A DNA stretch of 64,000 bases, from contig NC_134029.1 in the NCBI RefSeq assembly GCF_964204645.1, forward strand, positions 17,602,950 through 17,666,949, read 5' to 3'. Below are positions 1-12,460 of this stretch, piece by piece (the stretch's first letter is position 1; the number at the start of each line of letters is the position of its first letter). The translations under genes and the position numbers were made by a program. The notes below the pieces were generated by a model. That model searched no databases, was not told where the DNA came from, and was given only the letters and a program-made list of their open reading frames with translations. This DNA comes from Tubulanus polymorphus. Lineage: Eukaryota; Animalia; Nemertea.

Positions 1-3000
1 TCGACGCTCTGGTTTTATGTAAACAGTTCAACTATAAGGACGGAATCGCAGTTCGTGGATCGGCTTATGGTGGAGGGAATGGGCCAGTTTGGGTGAAATC
101 ATTTGGATGTATTGGCTCAGAAAAGACTATACTACAATGTTTCAATACTGGTTGGAATGAATCGATAACTTCTTCTTGTAAAAGCCATAATTACGACGCA
201 TCAGTGAAATGTTTCAATGAAAAAATTCGTGAGTTATTTTTTTAACTTATATATATAAGTATTCGATTCCATTCTGTTCATTTTCAAACATCGCAAAATT
301 TAAGCAGTTTTTCTGAACGTTTTTTTGTATTTTACTTTTACGATGCCATTACAGGAATAACTAAGGTGCGTCTGGCGGATGGCAATTCTACAAGTGGACG
401 GGTAGAAGTATACGCTACCGGAGTCAATCAGTGGGGCACTGTCTGTGATGATATGTGGGATGACAAAGACGCCAAAGTTGTCTGTAAAATGCTGGGTTTT
501 CCATGGGGGAAAGCGATTCGTAATAATTTCGGAATTGCAAGTGGTATGATTATGTTGGATAACGTTCAGTGTGCGGGCAATGAAAGTAACGTAGGTGATT
601 GTCAACGGCGAGGATTCCTAGATCACAACTGTGACCATAGCGAAGACGCATCTGTTGCCTGCTTTGGTAAGTTACGACAAAGTTATTAGAACCGGAGTAA
701 TATTACCAACTGGATATTCTGTTTTTAATTACGACTTCAGCATATGCTTTGGTAAATTATTCTTGAACTTCAGAGTTTCTGCATTTCTGAAGAGACTATT
801 GTAATTCCCATTTTTATCTCTTTCTTCCAAACAAGAAACTTATCTATTTCTTCAATTTCTCCGTCAATTCTAAACGGATCTTCATGATCGTGCCATAAGC
901 GAGAAGATTTTCGCAAACACAACCTGAAGTTAATTATGGTCCGTGGTGGTACCTTTCTAGTGCCAACCATTTAAGCCCTGGAAGAAAATATGAGGACCTC
1001 GATTTTTAAAAATTCGGTTTTGTGGGCCTAGCTCCTAGACAACGCGATGTCAAGGCATATCTCATTCAGTGATTATGTTGGAATTAACATTAAACGGCGT
1101 ATTTTCACAACGTACATAAAAAGTGCCGCAAAAATACCAGCTTTTAGCGGGTTCTTTATTCTATTGAAACCCAGAATGCTAGTACTACGAAATAAGAAAT
1201 ATCATTCAAAACATCAGCTTTTGTCAATTATGTTTAATCTGGAGACGCTTAACGTTTTTGAAACCAATGCAAAAAGCTCGATATACGCCAACCCTTCGAT
1301 TGTTCAAGATTCACCTACACAAGACAGTTACATTTTCTACGACTTGGCTTTGGCCGAACAACAAGAAAGAAGCTAATAATTTACCACCACTAGATTTTGC
1401 CTCTCGAGCAGAACCAACCTATTCCGAACCGCACCCCGCGGGACCGTCTCGTGATAATCCTGCCACTTAACAGCTTGTGAAATATGAGGGAGTTCCAGAA
1501 CATTATTATAAATTGCATAGAAAAATAAACTAAACCGACCGTCCAAGATTTGGCCTACGAGGCACGTCAGGGTTTTCACATTTTATAGATGTACTCTTAG
1601 ACGGCATTTGAATTCCTTGGATAGTTTGCTTGGATGATAAAGTTTGCCAGCTGTCTAATAGACACGGGGTAGTCGGTGGTGAATAGATCCAACCAGTTGT
1701 CATGGTCGATGTCCAGAAACCTTGCTCTCAGAGCATGAAACGATTGGCATGCTAACACAAAGTGTTTTTCATCGTCAATCTGCTCCAGATCACAAAATTT
1801 ACACAGTCTCTGGTCGAGTGGAGTTTTTCCTGAATCGGCCTGTTTCGACGTGTAGCGGGAATGTTCCGTGTCTCAGTCAATTGCTGAAGGCTGCATTATT
1901 GACATGGGGGTTATAACGTAGGTCTCCACGTTGAACGAACTCTTGAACGTTTAATAGAAACGCAATTTTGGCATTGCGTCGACCGCGATCGACCACGATT
2001 GGCGGGCATATTTGACCCGCAAATTTTCCTTACAAACGTTTAAGCACTGTTTATCGGACAACTTGCTAAGTTGCGGGGTGAAGTTGACATTGTCACGGTA
2101 CCAATTAAAATTACAATCGCTTAAAATCTCAGTAGCGGATTAAGCCCAGTTACTAGTATTAGCCTTCGTTGCCAACTCGAGATCCCAGTTGAAAATTTTC
2201 TTTACCGTATTATTCAGTGGTAGATTATTAAGCTGGTGACATGAACGCATTCGTTTTTTTTTGGCGTATTGTGTTGGGCAGCCAACCCATGTCTCCGTCT
2301 ACGCTTGGCAGGGGCGAGGATCTGGTGCGTACGCATTGCCCGATAATGAATTTTGTCACATTGGTTATAATTTTTGTGACCCCATATTCCAGCTGCGTAA
2401 TCCATTATTGGAGTTACTAAGTACAATTGTTTTACGAGTAATACAATTTTGTGTAGGTATCGTAACGCAATCCAACTGCCTAAATGTTTTGAAACTAGTT
2501 TGGCTAACGCTCTACTGGCAGAGTTTGTTAAAATATGCACGGTGTGTGAGTAATTAAGGTGGTTATTCGCCTCTAATCCAAGATATCTGTACGAATCCAC
2601 GTAGTTTACCGGTTGATCACCGGAACGAAACTGAAAGTCCGATTAAAATGAGCGGATATGTCTAAAATGGATTATTTTCGTTTTATCAACGTTAATGTTA
2701 AAACGCTATCGTCTTGTCCACTTATTCACTATTTCCAACATCCGTTGCAGGTTATCCTCGTTTTCGCTTAAAAGGACAATGTCATCCGCATACACGAAGA
2801 TACTAATGACTGTCTCGCCATCTATTTTCACACCTAGTTTTGAGTTACTAATTTCTTCGGCTAGATCGTTGATATATAAAGGAAATATCTTGGGACTATG
2901 TCCGTCACCCTGTCTTGATCCGCATTTTACGCCGAATTTATCAATTTTGAAGCCATTTATTCTTTCGGCATTTTGCCTGTTACACCTGCACGGTGTAACT

Positions 3001-6000
3001 TGAAAATAGGCAGTCGTGGTTAATCGAGTCAAACGCTTTTGCAAAGTCGATAAAACAGGCAAACGTAGGTTTCTTTTGCTCCTTACGATTTCGAATTATT
3101 GTTGCTAGTGAGTATATGTGGTCTGTACAGTTCACATTTCTACGGAAACCGTTCCGTTCATCACAAATTTTTCCATTTCGCTCGAGATAGCTGGTTAAAC
3201 GGTTGTTAATGATGGATGTAAATAACTTAGGCCTATATACGGTAGATATCAGACTTATTCCTCTGTAGCTTAGTGGTTCGCAAGCATCTTTCTCGTTCCC
3301 TTTCTTTAGGATACGGTGAATTATTCCGCACGACCATAGTTTTGGTATTACGCCATTTTCAAAACAAGTGGATAGAAACGAACAGATCATTCCAGCGATG
3401 TTTTCATTTTTAAGAATTTCATTCGGAATATTATCTAGTCCAACGGCTTTCGTTGTTTTTAAGTTTTTAATTGCTCTGGTCACTTCGGTATCTGAGAGGT
3501 GAGTTGAGTGAGACATTTATATTATCCTGGTTGTCTTGTTGATGATTCACTGCGTGGATGATTCTGTTTAGGAAATCATCATCAAAGTTATGGTTTACGG
3601 GGTGGTTGAACAATGACGCAAAGTCGTCGTGCCGTTTTTTCAGAATATCGTTTTGTGAGGTAGAGCCGTCGGGTAGGCGAACCGAGTCTTTAATATTAGG
3701 TTTGATTTTGCCAGGACCGATATCATCCATTTCACGCCAGAATTGTTTGGGGTTGTTTCTCGAGAGTTCCTGAATTCTATTAACTTTTTCCCTGTAAAAG
3801 ACGCGTTCCGCTTTCCTGTTATAGTTCATGTCAAACGTTTTCCGGGTGAGTTTAAAAACCGATAACAGAGCTCGCCTACGAACTTTACTTGTACATTTAT
3901 GATAGTTTTTTTTCGGCAGTACGCGTATTTCTCCACACAATGTCTAAATTTTCGTTCCACCACGGTTTACCGCGTCGAGACTGACCTTTGCCATTAAATG
4001 ACAATTTAATGTCTTTGAAATGGATTCGTTCATCCATTTCTTTATGTATTACAGATGACAGATTATTGTAGGCGTCGTTAATTTCGGACTGATTGATTTG
4101 ACGATTTATTAGATTATTACATATGGTAATCAGCGCGTGACGTCTGCGGTCGTATGCGAACAGATCGATTAGTATCTGTTTTAAGCCGGGCGTAGGTTGG
4201 CCTTGCGACGGCTCGCGACTCACTGCGACCGCCAGCGACGATCGCGTCGCAACGACTCACTGACCTACGCTACCTTGCGACTGCAAGCGACGGGTTGCGA
4301 CTGGCAGCGACGCGAGTCGCAGTGAGTCGCACATGTTCTACCTTCTGCGACGCGACGCGACCGTCGCAACCGACCTACGCGCTCTTGCGACTGGGAGCAA
4401 CTAGTCGCACACAGTTGCTGGAAATCGCGTTGCAACCGACTTACGCCCCCATTTGTGACGCAACACGACGTTCGCGTCGCAAGTTTGACCTACGCCCGGC
4501 TATACATCATATTTCCTTTCGAACGCGTTAACTTCCCTCGAATTTTTGCTAGGACGGTGGTTCGGAGGATCGCGCTTTATTGGACTGAAGAGTTTCGGGT
4601 CAATTAAGTCCAACATTAAATTGACCTCGAAGTTCGAAACGGATTGTAAGTTACTAATCGAAGTCACGATACAGTCCACGACAGAGCTTCCGCGGTTTGG
4701 TACGCAAGTGAAATTATCGCGCGGGTACCATCCATTTAGCACGCAGCAATTGCAATCTTTTGGAAAGTCGATAAAATGATCGCAGAACGTATTAGTAGAT
4801 GGATCGATTGCCTAACGATCAGGGGCTAACATGTGAGAAGAATAGTCCAGTTTATTCCCGATTCTTGAGTTAAAATCACCACAAATGAACATTGGTTCAT
4901 TATTCAAAAATAGTACACATTTGCTAAGAGTTTTTTTAAAAAGTCCCTTTGAAAAAGCGTTTCCTCTGCTAGAATTGTCTGGTGGTAGGTAGACACTACA
5001 CAAGACAACAGTGTCATTAGGATCCATTTTACTAGTCAAGTGTATCCATGATATTCCTTCGTAACCGGAGTCTAGAATATCTAACTTATACATATTGAGA
5101 GTCTCACATTTAACCAAAAAACCAACACCGCCTGACCCTCTTTTCGCTCGTTTATTTTCAGCACGGTTTTGACCAATCCATCGGTATTTTTGATTTTGTA
5201 AAATAGGTTTATCGTTCCCACGTAAGTGGGTTTTGCAAATCGATATAACGTCTAGTTTTGTATCGTTGATTATTTGGTTCCTTAACGCACCCGGTTCTTT
5301 TTCACAGGATTCAGTCCAACCGAACACATTCCAGTGACCCAGGCTTAAGGATGCACCTCGGCCGTTTTCCTATGCTGCTTCGACCGGCGTTCGTGGAGCG
5401 GTGGTTTCAGAATTCATGTCGGCTGCCCTGGCGGGCTTAGTTGATTCTCTGATATCTTCATATGTATAAACCAAGTTGAGGTGTCTTAAGCCTGGGATCT
5501 CTTGGATTCAGGGCCTTAGCCCGTGTCGTTTTCGGATGCTTATCTCGTACTTCAGCTGGATCCTTATTCATCTGGGTAACTTTGTTGTCCAGTACCTTAT
5601 AAACTCGGCCTTCATGAATGAGTTTGTCAAAGGACACGATGATTTTTGCGCCTCTGTTTTGTTGCGCGAGTTGTTGCTTGAATTGGAAAAGTAATTGGCG
5701 CTGAAGTCGTATCGCGCGTGGAAAATCCTCTAAAATGCGCAGATAATCTTCACTTTTGTCGTTGAATCTGCTTTCGTAGGATGCATTGCCTATCTTCATA
5801 AAAGACGAAGGCGGCAGTGATTGAGCGAATTATGTCATGGAGGTGTTGACCGTTCCTGTGTACTCTATGGAATCTGATGGCATTTACGCGAGCGGCATGT
5901 AGGCGATCGATGAGCAATTCTTTTATCACGTTGGTACAATTCTCGCCTTTTGTCTCTTGAACGTCCAGAAACCCAAGATTATTTCTGCGTGATTTCTTCG

Positions 6001-6794
6001 CCAACCGAATTGTGAAGAATAGGAACCACTTGCCAGAAGTAGTCGTCGTAATATATTTTAGAATTCAAAATTAAATTTGATAAATTATGTAAGCATAAAA
6101 AACTAAAACCTTGGAAGGCACGTGAGCATAGTGTTAGTTTATCAAGTGAAAAGATCGCCAAAGCGGTCAGACACTTACTGTTACCAAAAATACATGTATT
6201 TTTGCTGTTACTGTTACTGATAATGAGTTGGTAAATTCTAATTCTAAGATGTAATGAATATTGTTTTACTATTGTCTTCCCTTCACAGCGATGGTGCCGA
6301 CTACAACAATTGAATCATCAGAAGCGACCAGTAAGCTAACATCAACCGTCATTATGAAAACATCAGAACAGCTGACAACTACAACTGCTGGTTGGGGGCA
6401 ACAGGGCAGACGAAATGTAAAGCCAGTAGCGATAGCAGTTCCTGTTGTATTATTTGTGATAATTGCACTAGTGGTGGTCGGGGCTGTAGTTATTTACAAA
6501 TACAGAAAATCTCACCCACCACTGACCTCTAACCCTTCGGTTACTCGAGATTCACCGATGCAAGTCAGTAACATCTTATACGACTTGGCTTTGGCCGAAC
6601 AGCAAGAAGCTAATAATGTAAACAACAGACCAGATGGCGGCCCTCCGGCCGAACCAATCTACTCCGAACCGCAGCCCCCGGGACCGTCAGTTACTACTCC
6701 TGATACTTCAAATCTGGTGAAGTATGAGGAAGTTCCAGAAAATCCTCAGCCTGAGCATGTGTATGCAAATCCGAGTGCCCATAGCTTCGCATAA
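1..6794 (+). CDS. 3' part of a scavenger-receptor cysteine-rich (SRCR) type I membrane receptor; exons <1-228, 355-666, 6289-6794
   Basis: Exon 1 (frame 3) reads DALVLCKQFNY...GPVWVKSFGCIGSEKTILQC...SHNYDASVKC. Exon 2 reads VRLADG..SGRVEV..WGTVCDDMWD..DAKVVCKMLG..CDHSEDASVAC. Both are SRCR repeats joined by phase-1 GT-AG introns. The last exon splices in frame (G|CG ATG) and encodes a Ser/Thr-rich stalk, a TM helix (VAIAVPVVLFVIIALVVVGAVVIY) and a Tyr-containing tail. Confidence 0.85.
1285..1500 (+). pseudogene. Degenerate duplicate of the SRCR receptor cytoplasmic-tail coding segment
   Basis: Aligns with ~6530-6740 (shared TACGACTTGGCTTTGGCCGAACA, CCGAACCGCA.CCC.CGGGACCGTC, GTGAA.TATGAGG.AGTTCCAGAA). 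It has a frameshift near 1370, an in-frame stop and no TM segment. Confidence 0.8.
1510..6004 (-). mobile_element. Decayed near full-length non-LTR retrotransposon (APE-type LINE) in the SRCR gene intron
   Basis: Minus-strand ORF fragments: ORF1-like (5458-6004; SRRNNL.F..V.E, FHRVHRNG, EDFP), APE endonuclease (4500-5327; GGVGFLVK, YLPP, CGDFNSRIG, SVVD), RT (2706-3516; YRGISLIS, NGFR, FIDFAKAFD, YADDIVLL) and C-terminal part (YRYLG, MDYAAGIWG). Many frameshifts; ends approximate. Confidence 0.9.
4185..4500. mobile_element. MITE (PIF/Harbinger-like) nested in the LINE
   Basis: TIRs GCCGGGCGTAGGT..CTTGCGACG / CGTCGCAAG..ACCTACGCCCGGC, internal GCGAC/GTCGC repeats, TA-rich flanks. One TIR also occurs alone at ~48140-48170. 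Confidence 0.8.
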
Positions 6795-6985
6795 CTAACG
6801 ACGGTGGTTCAACAAAAAGTTCTATTTGTATAATTTGAATATACGTAAGAGGAGATTTGTAGCAGTTTTATTAATATCTTCATAACTTTTATAATCGTAT
6901 ATAATGTTTTTTTAGTATTGAATGTGGAACGAGAATTCGCAATGCAATGAGAGGCAGTATTAACTACGTAATAATGTGATAATAG

Positions 6986-7283
6986 CCGTGATCGCACGTT
7001 GGCACAGATCGGAGTCAAATTTGGCCCTAGCCTAATCAGAGAGCGCGCTCATACGTAAACTACTCACTCGATACTAAACGATTCTGTGACAAAGCGAAAT
7101 AGGTCACTTCCGGAACCAGTTGCGATTCAGACGCAATGATTAAATTGAATGAATTTGGCTCAGGCCTGGTTCGATGTTTTTGGTCTGGCCAAACAGGCAC
7201 AAACCCGTTTGGGACGCGCGTGAACAGTTGTTCTGGGTCGCGACTAATTAGGCCCGGGCCAAAGATGCTCGTGTGATCGCGAC
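6986..7283. mobile_element. MITE; related copies at ~34868-35096 and a fragment at ~49255-49315
   Basis: Imperfect TIRs GCCGTGATCGCACG / CGTGTGATCGCGAC. The internal AGAGAGCGCGCTCA.ACGTAAAC and TTCCGGAACCAG motifs recur in reverse orientation at ~34945-35015. Confidence 0.65.
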
Positions 7284-9904
7284 TTATTTCCCAAAGGCAT
7301 CAAATGTTGAACTCTTGTAGGATTATTTTTTGTGGTTTTTAGTTTACTATTATCGTCCACTTTGAGTGACAGAAGTAAATTTTGTATTTCAATTCTAATT
7401 ACTGGTGCTCATTTTAATTGCGTATGCATAAAATAAAGTTTGTATAAAACTGTCAATTCCTTGGGTGATTTTTTTCAAAAGTGATGCCAATTTGCCGTTT
7501 TCTTGCTTTATTGCATAAACGTTTGACGTTTTGACGGAGATTCCTGATTAACAGGATTTCCTTGCAACGCAATATCCAAATGGCGCCATGTTTTTTCGCG
7601 CACCTGCTACGGGATCGACTTCGCGTTAAATACACAAACCAACGATTCGATCATGTAGATGCAATCAATCAATCTTTTATTAGTTTTAAGGGCAATCTAT
7701 TAATAAATTGATTATTCATTTGAATATATTAAGCTTGCTAAAATTCATTTTGAATGCGCCAGTAATAATATCGATGAAAAAACGTGTGTATGAATATGCG
7801 AATGGATTTTAGCTTAATTATCGTTTGAATAAAACACAGTATCAATGACCAAAATTGCGTAGCGTATAATAAACCCATTACAAAAGTTAATGCGGTTTGT
7901 TTGCGCGGGTGATCCTTTCTTGGTATGAGTATCGTTTGATATACCGTTGCTACGTGAATCTATGCTACGGTTTAATTCGAGATGATTCCATCCGGAATGA
8001 CTTCGATCATAATGCATGCCTTTTCAATACGCGTCCTTCACGCCGCTAATATCCCTTGATGTATTGCTGGTTGCTACACTGTCTTTGTTGATTAATGAAA
8101 ATGCTTCATCTGCGGTACTTTTTATTTCAAAAGACACTGGTAAACTACATGACCACCAATGGGCTATTATTTAGTCTGACTCCCAAGAATTCAACGAGAA
8201 GATTTTTACACTAATCTTTTCTTTACAGTCAACCCCCGATAAACCGCCCACCCATATACCGCCATTCTTGCCTACCGCCAGGTTTTCTCAATGTAAATCT
8301 CAAATACAAAGTTGACCAACCCCGATTTACCGCCATACTCTGTATACCGCCAAAATCGTTCTGCTGGTGCACTGATGTTGGTTGAATGTATCTCCGAATC
8401 ATGTATTGTCTATAAATCCGGACATTATTGTGTAATACTGTGTAGTGTCTTTTATGCGCCATGATACCTGAATATATATGTATGTAAAACAACAGCTTCT
8501 GGTTCACTTCTAAAACTACTAAACCGTCCAAAACTATATCATCGTAATGCTCAAACAGAAAAAAAACGCTCTTTTCGCCATTTCTATTCTTTTACTATTG
8601 ATCAAAATTGAAACTGTACAGGCTTAATAACATATTCAACATATCGCTTCGATGGTACAGTCGTCCGAAAACCTATGTTTTTTCTCAAAATGACTACTAG
8701 AATTCAGTGAAATACTCGTGATTTTTCTTAAATTTTCGTTGATTTGAAAACCACAATAATTTTGTAATGCATTTCCGAAACGAATTTTTGAAAGGGTGAA
8801 TTAATCAATCAGAATTTAATCACGTTAATTCGAAATTTGAAGTGATTTGATACTTTCGTCCGGAAACCTCAGGATGATGTATTTCCGACAAGTATTAAAA
8901 TCTTGTGATATTATATCTATACGTTTTACTAACCGTTTGTCAATATATAACTATTGTTTATATTATCCTTAAAAACACTTTTAATAAAGATTTACGTGAT
9001 ATATTAAATGAAATGCTGTCGTTTGCAATGAGTATAGCTCCGCCTAAAACGTAAACAGAAGAGGACGTTCAGATGGTCTGCTGGGTCCCGAGGATTGTGC
9101 TTCACCACTAACTAATACAAATGAAGTGTGGAGGAGACGAAAGCGAAGATTCTGAAGAAACAGAATTGATTCATATAAATTTATTTGAGTCTGCATCTGC
9201 GTGTAAGAACCTATTTTTGATATTACTCATACCGTAGACCGGTTCCTTGCGACTTCTATGTCGATGCTGCAACAACTTATATATCTATATCGTAAAATTT
9301 GTTGTACCATTGATAATTCTTTGTGCAAATAACTCAAAATCAATCCAGGATCCTAGCTAGAACATCAAAAGTCGTAAGCCAATCAAGAGTCTACCATTAG
9401 TCATTAGTCTAGAACTTTAATTACATGACTAAAGGACAGGCGAATTTTTTTCGGCGAATCAATCGTCGTATATAATTCGACCAAGGTTGACACACTTTGG
9501 ACGAATTCGGTGACGCTAACGGGAGAGCGTTGCTATCGTACCGTATTCTGGAGTGTTCGCATGAATTGGTCATTTCGATGATATTGACCAAACAGCTTCT
9601 ACCCAGAAATGAGACATCGTATGATATCATAATCACACAGAATTTTATCTAAATGATTATCTAATTAGTGAAAAATATATTAGTTATCAATTGACTTCCT
9701 GTATCATTTTGCTGTGTATGGGAGTGCCTGTTAATATGTATTCGATAACCAAAGCACGCGGGTGGATCTAGGGGATTTTTCAGGCTTTTTTCCGATTGAG
9801 AAATCGTGAAAATATGTACATCATAAAACGAATATTTTTCGTGACACATTGGTACGTGTTCCATGTTAAGCTGTGAAGCTGATTAAAGGTTTCTCTCTCA
9901 CGAG

Positions 9905-10937
9905 ATGAATTTCACTTCGCAGACGACGACAGTACTCTTTGCAACTAAAAATCCTTGCCCACCTTACATATTCCCAAACGTGTTGACAATCAGCGTAAAA
10001 CTTGCTGGATAGTTTTACTATCAGCGTCATTGGAATAATTTTGAATTGTTTGAGCATTGCAATTTTGCGTCGCCAATCTTCAAACCACATATCGCTCTAC
10101 CTTCTGCGGTGGCAGTAGCCGATATTCTTTTTCTTGCATTTCGCATAATTCAAGCGCCTATTCGTTTAGTCGTATCCGCTCTGACCCAGGGAAGTCACAT
10201 GTTCACGGTACCTACGAGTATGAGTTGGGGTATTCGGCCATGGATATATCGGATAGTTTGCTTACCGAGATCCTCGGCGCAACTGACAAGAAACTGGATA
10301 ACCGTACTGCTAGTTTTAGAAAGGTGTACTTCTATCGCTAGGCCATTCTTCAAGGGTACGAATTGTAGTTTGTTGTTTTTACATCATTTTTGGTGTCTTA
10401 GGTTGTCCATTGATTATCGGCACTACAATAGGAAACTGGTATTATGACGAATGTAACAAGGTCATTATACAATCCATCTGCCCAGCAAGCGATCCAATAC
10501 GGAAATATTTTTTTTCTAATATCTAATGTTGACCAATTCGCCATTCCTTTGTACAAAGAAATCCTGCCTGCGGTATTGCTTATAATTTTCAACAGCCATT
10601 TGATATGGACCCTAAGAAAGATTAGTTCTCGGAGAAAAGGATTTACAAACGAAGCCGAACAGAGGTTAGACGTGAAAGCTAGTAAAATGGCCATAGCTGT
10701 TATTGTGTTTATTGTCTGTGAAATTCCAGCTTCGTTCCGATCTTAAAACAATTTCATCGGACACTTCGTCAGGATACCACCCATTAAACATTCTTGCATC
10801 TTCTTTCATCCATCTAAACGATACAAGTATTGTTTAACGATCTGTTACCGGCCATAAACTCGTCTGTCAATTTCTTTATCTATTACATAGCAAACGATAA
10901 TTTTAGAGGAGCTGCCAAAAATTTGTTAAGAAGGTGA
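9905..10937 (+). pseudogene. Intronless class A GPCR pseudogene (FMRFamide/sex-peptide-receptor-like invertebrate family)
   Basis: Pieces in different frames: TM1 ISVIGIILNCLSIAIL, TM2 AVAVADILFL, TM3 TRNWITVLLVLERCTSIARPF, TM5 EILPAVLLIIFNSHLI, TM6 KMAIAVIVFIVCEIPAS, TM7 AINSSVNFFIYYIANDNFR, stop at 10935-10937. Several frameshifts and stops. Confidence 0.8.
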
Positions 10938-10954
10938 CGAATTTAGATTTCGTT

Positions 10955-12030
10955 AAACTGCCTAAATAATGATAAATTGCGGTTAAGGGAATATTAGTTT
11001 AACTAAAGGTTAACTAGTACCATGCCTTAGAAGTAAAGAAAATTCAAGGAATTGCCTCAAAAATGAGCTTTCATTCGACAAATTCGGTAAAAGGGTTCAA
11101 AAGATATGGGAGAAAATCTATTTCTTCAAATAAATGCATATAATGTATGGTTACCATGGTGACAACGTTTAGTTATAATTTACTCGTGAACGAATATGGA
11201 ATGATTTTAAAGAAAAAAGATTAAATATGGTTTTAAATAAACACATCCTCAATTAATCCATTGGTTACGTCAAGAATGTGGACAAATTACGCGATTTTAC
11301 TGCAATTGCAACAATGGTTACCATTGTTGCAATCCAATTGTTTGCAAGACGTAGTAATAAGCGGTCCAATACATGGTCGAAGACTTTAGGCAAGTTTGAG
11401 GACATTTGGAATGTCACAAAAGACCCAACGCCCAAAATACCGGTACCTGACGGATGAAGAACGCAGATTTGATTTGCTGTTACCATAGAAACCAATAAAC
11501 AGTTAATCCCGATATTGACCAAGTACATACGAGTTATAACTAAGTTAAAAAGAAATATCAAAATAATCAACAAAAAACATTAACAACATCACTATTTGAG
11601 CCAATAACCTTTAAAATGAATATTCTATATGAAATTGCTATTTTCAAGTGAATATTACACGATTGATGCTGCTGTAACTAGGTAACAAATGAATGTATAC
11701 ACAAAATTAACGTTGCGCTATATGCGCTGCAATCCCCCAGAAAAGGTTTAGAGTGTAAAATTACTCCAAACCTAAGATGAGATATTTGAATTATTTAGCA
11801 AAAGTAGTTTAAAGTGTATTTCCTTGCCAAATGAAAATGATGTTTAAATTTCAAAATGCCTGACTTTAACGCCCCCTGTAGGCCAAAAAGTGAAAGAATT
11901 GTAAAAGGCATCCACCACACATGATAGCCCACATATTCTGCTATCAAATGAGCCCAGATGCCAAGCTGTAACAAAAAATGCCGTGATCGTCGAATTTTAG
12001 GATAGTTTTTTAAGGTTGGCTGGCTGACTA
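10955..12030 (+). mobile_element. Solo truncated arm of the Academ-type DNA transposon
   Basis: Near-identical to 46315-47327 and to the reverse complement of 41518-42610. Ends in GGCTGGCTGACTA and begins with the last transposase codons (NCLNNDK). Confidence 0.85.
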
Positions 12031-12119
12031 TAAAGGCTAAACAAATTGATACTATGTTTCGCATTTCTGCAGAGCTTAAATCCATGTACTCATGGTATGC
12101 CTAACTCAGTTATCGTCCT

Positions 12120-12288
12120 AGTTTTACTCAGCGTCCACGAGAAGTGGGCTTGCAAGTGTTCGAATCCAAAGTTTTCCTAGGTTTCCACGAGAAGTGGGCT
12201 TGCTCGGGTTCGAATCCAAAGTTTTCCTCAGCATCTACGAGAAGTGGGCTTGCAAGGGTTCGAATTCAAGTTTTTCTGCGGCGTCCAA
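12120..12288 (+). repeat. About 3.3 copies of a 50-bp tandem repeat with a Pol III B-box-like motif
   Basis: Unit CCACGAGAAGTGGGCTTGCnnnnGTTCGAATCCAAAGTTTTCCT starts at ~12135, 12185 and 12235. Confidence 0.85.
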
Positions 12289-12402
12289 AAAGGCCGCAGC
12301 ATATGCATCAGGAATATAGTCATCCTTTCCTATTCAAATATCACAATGTCACAATTCTTTAATGTTGCAAAACTCTCTCAGTTTCACCATAAAAATGTAA
12401 AT

Positions 12403-12460
12403 ATTTAGGGTTTCTGCTGCTTCGCAGAAACCCTCTTGTAATTCTCGTGATTATTACCTT
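12403..12460 (+). mobile_element. Helentron/HINE-like terminal hairpin (different family, extent unknown)
   Basis: TTTAGGGTTTCTGC-TGCTTC-GCAGAAACCCT followed by CTTGTAATT..ATTATTA, the usual HINE end layout. Confidence 0.45.

Noticed and set aside
11265-12085. ORFs repeated at 11265, 41963, 46635 and at 11795, 41391, 47100 as a gene family
   Set aside because: They are chance ORFs within the non-coding Academ TIR arms.
12120-12288. Possible CRISPR-like repeat-spacer array
   Set aside because: The variable parts are only 4-7 nt, the units are directly tandem, there are no cas genes and the context is eukaryotic.
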